Of a DNA stretch of 64,000 nt, positions 56,720-64,000 are shown piece by piece. The position numbers were made by a program, and so were the translations under genes. The notes below the pieces were generated by a model. The model ran no database searches and was not told where the DNA came from. It worked only from the letters and a program-made list of their open reading frames with translations. Numbering within the stretch: position 1 is the first letter of the stretch; each line of letters opens with the position of its first letter. The stretch is from a bacterium (GTDB lineage: Bacteria; Patescibacteriota; Minisyncoccia; Phycocordibacterales; VMGT01): positions 4,301 to 68,300 of the forward strand of contig JAUYPI010000008.1 of NCBI GenBank assembly GCA_030697645.1. The letters are read 5' to 3'.

Positions 56720-56883
56720 GAATTTCCAATTTCCAAATTCACAATTTCCAAATAATTTCCAAAACTTCAAGTTCCAATTTCCAAACACGACGCGGCTACT
56801 CGTAATGGTAGTGGTGTTTGGGATTTAATTTTTTGGAATTTGAGATTTGTTTGGAAATTGGTTACTTGGAAATTGGAAATTTA
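56720..56883. repeat. AATTTCCAA-word palindromic element (family B) with ACACGACGCGGCTACTCG core
   Basis: AATTTCCAATTTCCAAATTCACAATTTCCAAATAATTTCCAAAACTTCAAGTTCCAATTTCCAAACACGACGCGG ... TTTGGAAATTGGTTACTTGGAAATTGGAAATTT. Confidence 0.8.
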
Positions 56884-56924
56884 GATACTCGGTGGTGTTT
56901 GAATTCTCCAACGGGCAACCACGT

Positions 56925-58601
56925 ATGGTTCGCAAACTGTTTTCATTTTTGTCTCGAGAAACGAGCGGCCTTCACTCGGCCGCTCTTCTTTTGGCCGGCT
57001 CGGCACTGGCCTCGCAGCTCCTCGGCCTTCTGCGCGACCGACTCCTCGCGCATACCTTCGGCGCAAGTACCGAGCTTGACCTCTACTTTGCGGCATTCAG
57101 GATCCCGGATTTGATTTTCGTCGGCTTCACCTCGCTCGTTTCACTCTCGGTCCTGATCCCCGTGCTTGCACGGGTGCTTGAGCGCGGCTCGGAGGAGGCA
57201 CGGCGTTTTCTTGACAGCATGTTTACGGTCTTTCTCGTCGCGATGCTCCTCGTGTGCACTCTGGCTTATCTTGCGCTGCCGGCACTCGTGCGGATTTTCT
57301 TCAGCGGCTTCCCCACGGAGCTCGCGGCGCGCGAGCTCGTAGAGCTCTCGCGCATGCTCCTACTCTCACCGCTTCTCCTTGGCATCTCGAGCCTCTTTGC
57401 GGGCATCACACAGACGCACCGCGTGTTTATGCTCTATGCGCTCTCGCCGCTTTTCTATAATGTCGGCATTATCTGCGGCGTGCTGTTTTTGTATCCTATC
57501 TACGGTCTCGGAGGGCTTGGCGCTGGCGTTATTCTGGGGGCCTTGTTCCATGCATCGATCCAGCTACCGTTTCTCCTGCGGCGCGGCTTACTGCCGCGCC
57601 TTACTCTGCGGCCGGCGTTTAGGAACGTGCGCCGCGTATTCGTGCTTTCGCTTCCACGCTCGCTCGCGCTCTCAGCGCAGCAGATCGCCATGCTCGTTCT
57701 CGTCTCTCTTGCGACACGTCTCTCCCAAGGCTCGGTTGCTGCCCTCTCGCTTAGCTTCAACCTCCAGTCCGTGCCGCTCTCTATCATCGGCGTTGCGTAC
57801 GCGACTGCGGCATTCCCGACACTCGCGCGCCTTGCGGCGCGTGGCGAGCGTGAGGTGTTCCTCGAGCGAGTGGCGTCAGCGCTGCGCCACGTTATTTTTT
57901 GGTCATTGCCGGTTTTAGTTTTGTTTATTGTTCTCCGGGCGCACCTCGTGCGGCTTATCCTCGGGAGCGGGGCGTTTGATTGGGACGCCACGCGGCTCGT
58001 TGCAGCCCTGCTCGCCGCGTTCGGACTCTCAATCGTCGCGCAGTCGGTGAATATACTCTTATTACGCGCATGGTACGCTCTCGGCGAAACGTGGAAGCCG
58101 CTCATGGCCCAATTTTTTTCCGCATTTATTACGATCGCCTTTGCAATGCTCGCGGTGCGATCTTTTGAGGAACACACTGCTCTTCGTACACTCGTCGAAC
58201 AGATCTTTCGAATCGAGGGAGTGCGCGGGAGCGGCACGCTTGCGCTCGCGCTCTCCTTCAGCATCGGGTCACTCGCGGGCGCTACGGCGCTCTGGATATT
58301 TTTTGAGAGGAAAGTCGGCGGGCTTTTTCGCGAGATACGCGGAAGCCTCTTTGAGAGCGCACTCGCGAGCGTCCTCCTCGGCGGCACCGTGCTTCTCATC
58401 CTACGGCTCTTTGCTGGAGCGGTCACCCTCTCGACATTCTGGGGAGTGCTCACCCACGTCGCTCTTGCCGCACTCGGCGGCGTCACTGTAGCGCTCTCGG
58501 CCCTCATCGCGCTCCGCAACCGCGAGCTTCTCGAGCTTGTGCACGCGCTCAAGAGTCGCATCCGCAGTCCCACCCCCATCGCCGTCGAGATGCGGATGTA
58601 G
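56925..58601 (+). CDS. murJ: lipid II flippase MurJ
   Basis: 14-TM MOP (multidrug/oligosaccharidyl-lipid/polysaccharide exporter) superfamily pattern. N-terminus MVRKLFSFLSRETSGLHSAALLLAGSALASQLLGLLRDRLLAHTFG matches the MurJ consensus. Confidence 0.85.
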   Translation: MVRKLFSFLSRETSGLHSAALLLAGSALASQLLGLLRDRLLAHTFGASTELDLYFAAFRIPDLIFVGFTSLVSLSVLIPVLARVLERGSEEARRFLDSMFTVFLVAMLLVCTLAYLALPALVRIFFSGFPTELAARELVELSRMLLLSPLLLGISSLFAGITQTHRVFMLYALSPLFYNVGIICGVLFLYPIYGLGGLGAGVILGALFHASIQLPFLLRRGLLPRLTLRPAFRNVRRVFVLSLPRSLALSAQQIAMLVLVSLATRLSQGSVAALSLSFNLQSVPLSIIGVAYATAAFPTLARLAARGEREVFLERVASALRHVIFWSLPVLVLFIVLRAHLVRLILGSGAFDWDATRLVAALLAAFGLSIVAQSVNILLLRAWYALGETWKPLMAQFFSAFITIAFAMLAVRSFEEHTALRTLVEQIFRIEGVRGSGTLALALSFSIGSLAGATALWIFFERKVGGLFREIRGSLFESALASVLLGGTVLLILRLFAGAVTLSTFWGVLTHVALAALGGVTVALSALIALRNRELLELVHALKSRIRSPTPIAVEMRM

Positions 58602-58639
58602 GTTGAGTATGCGTTACTCAAAAATGCCGCAGCGTTATA

Positions 58640-58915
58640 GTATGCCGACTGCAATGAAACGTATGTATAATCACAAGCGAGCGGAAAGCGAAAAGAGGAC
58701 TTTTACCAAAGATGAGAAAAGATGCACTGTTCGGAAAGGTGCGAAAAGCACGGGGAACAATCCTTCACGCACTGGCAAAACAGAAGGAATGTGAAATAAT
58801 CGAAGGACACGTGATGCCCGATCATGTCCACGTGCTCACTGAAATGACGTTATGGTGCCGATGGGAGGAATCGGACCTCCTTCTGAGCTTTATGAGGGCT
58901 CTGCTTTACCATTAA
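58640..58915 (+). pseudogene. degenerate IS200/IS605-family (Y1/HuH) transposase TnpA fragment, possibly a remnant REP-associated tyrosine transposase (RAYT)
   Basis: KECEIIEGHVMPDHVHVL matches the IS200 TnpA HuH motif (ieghvmpDHVHLL). The ORF is short, and downstream motifs and the catalytic Tyr are absent. An AT-rich non-coding flank follows. Confidence 0.5.
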
Positions 58916-59486
58916 GCTACATCGGCGTCTTCCATTCTTCATCGCTTCTATAAGCCCTACTATGCGATATCGTAGGTATGTGTTTCGTCGTATTCGCAAA
59001 GATAGTATACCCTAGAAGTAGTTCCGACTTTCCCCCAATCACGCTATACTGTATAGGCATTATCAGCCTTAATGGCTAGGGTTGGTATAAAAGCGTACAC
59101 CGTACAAACTTAATAGTCTGTGGCTTGACACGAATGGACATGTGAATGTGGAATGTGAATGGGGTCAGACAGCACTTCAGTATGTCTATGCTATAATATA
59201 CTGCTTAACAAAAATATCTATACAAAAAAACTGCCTGAATATTGAGTTTACTCTTGTAGACTGATTTTGTATACCAACCGTCGCCAAAAATCCCGTCCGT
59301 CCCCGCAAGAACACGGCGGAATGGTGTGGGAGGAATTCCGCCGCGCCCGAGCGTTCCGCCGGAGCGCCTGCCCGCCGAAGCCTCGGCGCAGGCGGGAAGC
59401 GGAGGCGGTCAGTTCCCTTCAAAAAATGTTCGAGCAGAGTTGTATAATTCTACCATCTCACGAAAAATATCGCTCCAATCAAGTGT

Positions 59487-59999
59487 ATGCTAGATAAAGG
59501 ACCGGTTTTCCCACCAAAAAGACGAGTCAGGCGCTTACAGGCACTGGTCGGCACCGTACTTGTTGTGCTTGCTGCCATATTATTTATCGTTTCGCGCTAT
59601 TCCGCGGGGGAAGGAGATGCTATTGCGCTTGATTTTATCCCAAAAACTGCTTATTTTGAGCGCCCAGACACCCTAATCGAGCTCGAGGTAGCAACATCAA
59701 CCGAGGCACGTACCCGAGGCCTTAGTGGGCGCGAGAAGCTCGCGGAAAATAAAGCTCTGCTCATGGTGTTCCCGGAGGATGGTGCGTACGGAATCTGGAT
59801 GAAAGACATGCTCTTCTCGATTGATGTGCTCTGGCTCGATTCAAAGGGCAGGATCACTGACTTTGTGGAGCGGATGGCGCCGGAGACGTATCCGCTGTCA
59901 TTTGTGCCGAGCGGGAAAGTGCGCTATGTCATTGAGGCGAGCGCGGGGTTTGTCGCGGAGCACGGAATAGCCGCCGGCGACGTGGTTGTTTTTGAGTAA
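59487..59999 (+). CDS. DUF192-domain protein with N-terminal TM anchor
   Basis: DUF192-like core (LMVFPEDGAYGIWMKDMLFSIDVLWLDSKGRI). Confidence 0.6.
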   Translation: MLDKGPVFPPKRRVRRLQALVGTVLVVLAAILFIVSRYSAGEGDAIALDFIPKTAYFERPDTLIELEVATSTEARTRGLSGREKLAENKALLMVFPEDGAYGIWMKDMLFSIDVLWLDSKGRITDFVERMAPETYPLSFVPSGKVRYVIEASAGFVAEHGIAAGDVVVFE

Positions 60000-60109
60000 G
60001 CGTCAATAGTAAAAAAAAGGTTATTCTGAAATGCTCGTGCCTGACCGGCGCCCCATATTTCCGCCGCCCTCGGCTCGATCGTAGGAAGCGTGGGGGGCTA
60101 CAGTTGTGT

Positions 60110-60150
60110 CGGCAGCGTGTTTTTATACCCGCTGCCGATTTTGTTTTTTG
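60110..60150 (+). terminator. terminator hairpin TCGGCAGCG-tgtttttatac-CGCTGCCGA + TTTTGTTTTTTG
   Basis: 9-bp stem plus a T-rich tail after the DUF192 gene. Confidence 0.65.
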
Positions 60151-60192
60151 TGCTACACTCACTGTAGAAAAAAACTATCAATGGAGGACACG

Positions 60193-60534
60193 ATGATGTC
60201 GACTTTGATCATTAACGGTTTTGAGTTTCCTGTCACTAATTACACGGTGACGTCACCGAGCGAGGTGCTCGTCAAACGGCTTGGTTTGGAGCGCGTTGAC
60301 CTCCATCGTGCCGAGATGCCTTTTGAAACGATGTTTGGAAAGTCACGGCCGGCTCTCCGCATGTTCATTTTTTATACACGATGCGTGGTACGCGCCGGTG
60401 AGAGAGTGTGGGCACCGTTTGCCGCATGGTGCTGGGGGTTGCCGGGGTTTGGTCTGAAGATTGGTGTTGTATACCACGGGGGCAACGATATAGTGCCGTA
60501 CCAGACGTTTTACCTCTGCGGCACTCTTGGTTGA
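60193..60534 (+). CDS. hypothetical protein
   Basis: 114 aa. A strong Shine-Dalgarno GGAGGA sits 4 nt upstream of the ATG, and an extended -10-like TGCTACACT lies upstream. Confidence 0.5.
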   Translation: MMSTLIINGFEFPVTNYTVTSPSEVLVKRLGLERVDLHRAEMPFETMFGKSRPALRMFIFYTRCVVRAGERVWAPFAAWCWGLPGFGLKIGVVYHGGNDIVPYQTFYLCGTLG

Positions 60535-60738
60535 ACAATGGCGATACGTCTTGGAAAGACGCTCTTTCGCATGAATGATGTGCAGAACCCCACGCTCAGC
60601 GTATTTACGCTCCTTGACCAAGACCGCCGTCCTCTTGGCGATGATATTGGCGTTGACGATACGCCGATCGAGTTTTTCTGTCGCCAGTATGGCAAGGGTG
60701 ATCGATTTTAGTACGCCGCAGAGTGAAGGAGGTACTTT

Positions 60739-60990
60739 ATGCCGAATGTTATGTACACGATCGAAGCGCCAGATGGTCAGCCGACAATGGCCGAGGTAGC
60801 GCAGCTGTTGCAAGTGCAAGAGTCTGATCTCGATTCGAGCTTTAGCGTCGTCCTCATCGACCCCAAGCGTGGCCTCTACACAGTGCGCATACGTGAGCAG
60901 TCGGGTGCCCATCCCTATACGACCGGCCCGCGGCTCAAAGGTCCATTTGCCGATCCTGGCATTGCCCATTTCGGACCGTTGCAGTCCTAG
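60739..60990 (+). CDS. hypothetical protein
   Basis: 83 aa. A strong Shine-Dalgarno AAGGAGG sits 7 nt upstream of the ATG, and a hairpin plus T7 terminator follows (61031-61064). Confidence 0.5.
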   Translation: MPNVMYTIEAPDGQPTMAEVAQLLQVQESDLDSSFSVVLIDPKRGLYTVRIREQSGAHPYTTGPRLKGPFADPGIAHFGPLQS

Positions 60991-61069
60991 GCGTTTAGTC
61001 CCGCGTACCGGGTTCCGCCGTCCAACCATTGGCGCCTCATTACGGATAGTGGGGCGCTTTTTTTGTATA

Positions 61070-61906
61070 ATGGAGCGCGTTATGAAGCCGGACCGCATCA
61101 GAGTGTTGCGTCGCGTTGTCTGGCGTTATTATCGTCGGGCGGGGCGGGATTTGCCGTGGCGACGGACAAGAAATCCGTACCGGATTTTGGTCTCCGAAGT
61201 GATGCTCCAACAGACGCAAGCTGAACGAGTGCTGTCGAAGTATCGCGAGTTTCTCCATCGCTTCCCGACTGTTCGTGCCCTTGCCGAGGCGTCGCTCTCC
61301 GAGGTACTTCGTGCCTGGTCCGGCCTCGGGTACAACCGCCGTGCGCTTTTCCTCAAGACAGCGGCGGAAATTATTCTGGCCGAGCATGGCGGCCGCGTGC
61401 CGCGGCGCTCTGCGGCGCTCGAGCGGCTTCCGGGCGTCGGCGCGTACACGGCGCGGGCGATCCTCTGTTTTGCGTTTGACGAGCCGACGGTGTTCCTCGA
61501 GACGAACATCCGCACGGTTTTTATCCACCATTTTTTTGCTGAGCGCATCAGGCGGGGAAGTGGAGTGAGCGACCGTGAGCTCCTACCGCTCATTGGAGCG
61601 TCGCTTGATCGCCGCGATCCTCGCGAGTGGTACTTCGCGCTCATGGACTATGGCGCACATCTCAAACAAACGGTCGGGAACGTCTCGCGCGCGAGCACAC
61701 AATACGCGCGGCAGAGCGCGTTTCGCGGCTCCGCGCGCGAAGCGCGCGGCCGCACGCTGAAGCTTCTTGTCGTTCGCGCGATGTCGGAGACTGAGCTCGT
61801 GCGTCTTTCGACGCTGCCGCGCGATCGGATCCGTCGCGCGCTCGCCTCGCTCGCGCGCGACGGACTCGTCGAAAAGACGGGGAAGCGCTACGCACTCACG
61901 GCGTAG
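61070..61906 (+). CDS. HhH-GPD base-excision glycosylase (MutY/Nth family), apparently lacking the 4Fe-4S cysteine cluster
   Basis: DLPWRRTRNPYRILVSEVMLQQTQAERV matches the MutY N-terminus. HhH-GPD motif LPGVGAYTARAI. No C-x6-C-x2-C-x5-C motif is present. Alternative start at 61082. Confidence 0.75.
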   Translation: MERVMKPDRIRVLRRVVWRYYRRAGRDLPWRRTRNPYRILVSEVMLQQTQAERVLSKYREFLHRFPTVRALAEASLSEVLRAWSGLGYNRRALFLKTAAEIILAEHGGRVPRRSAALERLPGVGAYTARAILCFAFDEPTVFLETNIRTVFIHHFFAERIRRGSGVSDRELLPLIGASLDRRDPREWYFALMDYGAHLKQTVGNVSRASTQYARQSAFRGSAREARGRTLKLLVVRAMSETELVRLSTLPRDRIRRALASLARDGLVEKTGKRYALTA

Positions 61907-61962
61907 CGTCGTCTGACTGCTTCCTTTTAATGAAACTGATGATGAAACTGAAAAATAAAAGA

Positions 61963-61998
61963 TTTGCAATAACTATGCGATCGCATTATTATTGCAAA
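61963..61998. repeat. 36-nt conserved palindrome (copy 3): TTTGCAATAAC-tatGCGATCGCat-TATTATTGCAAA
   Basis: Same architecture, with a single substitution in the loop (GCGATCGC) and in the right arm. Confidence 0.8.
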
Positions 61999-62148
61999 TT
62001 TTTCAACTCGTTCAGAATAGACCTCTTGCATAACCCCCCCCTCGCGCGAAAATGGTTTGGCTCGCAAAAGGTGGCTAAAATAGACAGAAGTGGTAAATTA
62101 CAATTGGTGCAGTGACCTTTGATAATTGCATAAGACAGGAGAACACAC

Positions 62149-63525
62149 GTGAAAATGCGTGATGTATTCGACAGTCTCTCGCCGGCTGACTACCGGTACT
62201 GGGATAAAGAAGTGGCGAAGTATCTCTCCGAGAACGGGTTCACTCGCTACAAGCTCCTCGTGGAGCGTGCTCTCGTGAGAGCTCTCGCGCGCCGCGGACT
62301 GTGTTCCACGGAAGTTGTCCAAGAAGTTGAGACGGCTTGCGGCCAAGTAACCACCGAGGAAGTGTACGAGGAAGAAGATCGAATTCGACATGACATCCGT
62401 GCGCTCGTAAATCGTATTCTCGTCAAAGTCAGTAAAAGTGCAAAGCCGTACGTGCACATGACGGCGACTTCGTGCGATATTATTGATTCGGCGAATGCCG
62501 CTCGCTACAAAGACGTCGTCGAGCAAGTACTGGTTCCTTCGCTCACAAAACTGGAAGGAGTGCTCATCGACATCTCGCTCCGCGAAGCGGAAACGGTGCA
62601 GGTCGGCAGGACGCACGGCCAGCACGCGGTGCCGATTACGTTTGGCTTCGCGCTCGCCGAATATGTCAGTCGTCTTGGCGGGTCCATTGAAGCACTGAAA
62701 GCACTCGCCGCGAATCTTCCGGGCAAGTTTTCAGGGGCGGTTGGAGCGTACAATGCTTCCTCGCTGTTCTTCGACGACCCCGAAGGTTTCGAGGCGGAAG
62801 TGCTTGCCGAGTTGGGACTCGTGCCAGCCGAGCACTCGACGCAAATCGTGCCGCCGGAGGCACTGACACGTCTTTTCTGCGAAATTACAATCGCAGCGGG
62901 TATTCTCGCCAATTTGTCCGATGACATGCGACATCTCCAGCGGACGGAGATCGGAGAAGTGGGCGAGGAGTTTGAGGCGGCGCAAGTCGGTTCTTCAACC
63001 ATGCCGCAAAAACGAAACCCTATAAACTTCGAGAACGCCAAGAGTTTATGGAAGGTGGTCCTGCCGCGAATCATAACGGTGTTCCTGGACCAGATCAGCG
63101 AACACCAGCGCGACCTAACCAACTCTGCGTCTGGGCGGACGTATGGCGAGATCATCGCATACGTCGTTTCGATGGCCAAGCGGCTCACGCGAACAATGAG
63201 CAAGCTCAAGGTTGATCGCGGGAACCTTCTGAAGAACCTCGAGATGACAAAAGGAGCAATTGTCGCCGAGCCGTTGCAGCTCATTCTTGCCGCGCAGGGA
63301 CACCCCGATGCGCACGAGAAGGTGCGGACGCTTACTCTTCAAGCGGAGCGCGAGAAGCGACCGCTTGAAGAAGTGGTCGTCGGCGATGTTGAGGTGAAGG
63401 ACTACCTCAAAAAGATGACGCCGTACCAACGGCAGATTCTGTCGAGTCCGTCTCTCTACACCGGCATCGCCGCCAAGAAAGCAAGAGCTGTCGCCGAGCG
63501 GTGGAAACAGAAACTCGAATTATAG
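62149..63525 (+). CDS. purB: adenylosuccinate lyase
   Basis: Fumarate-lyase signature GSSTMPQKRNP. Full-length PurB-like. Confidence 0.9.
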   Translation: MKMRDVFDSLSPADYRYWDKEVAKYLSENGFTRYKLLVERALVRALARRGLCSTEVVQEVETACGQVTTEEVYEEEDRIRHDIRALVNRILVKVSKSAKPYVHMTATSCDIIDSANAARYKDVVEQVLVPSLTKLEGVLIDISLREAETVQVGRTHGQHAVPITFGFALAEYVSRLGGSIEALKALAANLPGKFSGAVGAYNASSLFFDDPEGFEAEVLAELGLVPAEHSTQIVPPEALTRLFCEITIAAGILANLSDDMRHLQRTEIGEVGEEFEAAQVGSSTMPQKRNPINFENAKSLWKVVLPRIITVFLDQISEHQRDLTNSASGRTYGEIIAYVVSMAKRLTRTMSKLKVDRGNLLKNLEMTKGAIVAEPLQLILAAQGHPDAHEKVRTLTLQAEREKRPLEEVVVGDVEVKDYLKKMTPYQRQILSSPSLYTGIAAKKARAVAERWKQKLEL

Positions 63526-63544
63526 ACCAAAAAGGAAGGGTGAA

Positions 63545-64000
63545 ATGGACAGTGTACGCGCAGGAAGATTAGCATCAGAAGGGAAGACGAAAAGAATTTG
63601 GGAAACAAAAGGACAGCCGTTGCACGTTGTCGTCGAGTCGAAAGATGATTTGACTGCCGGTGACGGCGCAAAGCACGATGTCATCAACGGTAAAGCGTCG
63701 CTCTCGAACCGAACGACATCGAACGTCTTCCGGCTTCTCAAAGAATGCGGACTGCCGGTGGCGTTTGTCGAGGAAATAGACGAGACACGATTTCTCGCCG
63801 AGCGCTGCGCCATGATCCCCTACGAGGTAGTGGTGAGGCGAGAAGCGCACGGTTCTTTCCTCAAACGGCATCCGGGACTTCCGAAGGGGCATATCTTTCC
63901 GCGTCTGCTCCTCGAGTTTTTTCTCAAGACGTCGGGGAGGCACTGGAAAGACATTGATCTCCCCAAAGACGACCCATTCCTACGCTTCGATGGAGACCGC
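63545..64000 (+). CDS. purC: phosphoribosylaminoimidazole-succinocarboxamide synthase (SAICAR synthetase), 3'-truncated by the window end
   Basis: EGKTKRIWET ... ESKDDLTAGDGAKHDVINGKASL ... MIPYEVVVRREAHGS matches PurC. A Shine-Dalgarno AAGGAAGGG lies upstream. No stop codon before the window end. Confidence 0.8.
   Translation, partial: MDSVRAGRLASEGKTKRIWETKGQPLHVVVESKDDLTAGDGAKHDVINGKASLSNRTTSNVFRLLKECGLPVAFVEEIDETRFLAERCAMIPYEVVVRREAHGSFLKRHPGLPKGHIFPRLLLEFFLKTSGRHWKDIDLPKDDPFLRFDGDR

Noticed and set aside
57500-58654. 384-aa minus-strand ORF
   Set aside because: Antisense shadow of murJ. Ser/Arg/Ala-rich with no motifs.
60343-61098. 251-aa minus-strand ORF
   Set aside because: It overlaps two plus-strand small genes that have strong Shine-Dalgarno sequences and terminators, and it has no ribosome-binding site or motif itself.

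Overview
High-GC (about 60-65 %), tightly packed bacterial segment. The gene content and reduced operons are consistent with a small-genome Patescibacteria/CPR-like organism, but this is inference, not a search result.

Core genes in order:
- NUDIX hydrolase.
- A reduced dcw cluster (mraZ-rsmH-ftsL-like-ftsI), followed by an isolated ATP-synthase epsilon gene.
- scpB, a sensor histidine kinase, and purM on the minus strand.
- A fused E1 alpha/beta 2-oxoacid dehydrogenase on the minus strand.
- A glycogen/alpha-glucan cluster: GT4 glycosyltransferase, GH57, GH15.
- A copper/thiol-redox cluster: thioredoxin-like, DoxX, a CcdA-multicopper-oxidase fusion, a His-rich secreted protein and a cupredoxin.
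- Two tandem Rcl/NDT-like proteins, then thiI, dnaG-rpoD, dsbA, rpsU, a HisRS-like gene, lepB, pth and a short RF2.
- An MNT/HEPN toxin-antitoxin pair inserted in front of ftsEX.
- pyrG, cspA and tRNA-Gln.
- A roughly 7 kb lower-GC island: MoxR AAA+, a small protein, a metallopeptidase/vWA protein, a divergent MetK-like protein, a Zn-ribbon protein, a HIT protein and a GDSL hydrolase.
- htrA, an epimerase, a PP2C phosphatase, an O-antigen-ligase/TPR protein, murJ, an IS200-like TnpA remnant, a DUF192 protein, a MutY-like gene, purB and purC (truncated at the window end).

The most striking non-coding signal is a set of large intergenic palindromes that share one architecture. Each has AT-rich arms made of short tandem words (ATTTTCAA, AATTTCCAA, AGCTTTTAGC/AGCTGTTAGCT, CATTTGACA, ATACAAAATACAAG, CAAAACG) around a conserved GC core ACGACG(N)CGTCG. 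I count roughly 17 copies in 64 kb, some inside classical operons (ftsE|ftsX, dnaG|rpoD). A separate 36-nt palindrome (TTTGCAATAAC-N-GCGACCGC-N-GTTATTGCAAA) occurs three times.

There is a second small low-GC islet next to a tRNA-Tyr-like sequence. No CRISPR array and no rRNA were found.
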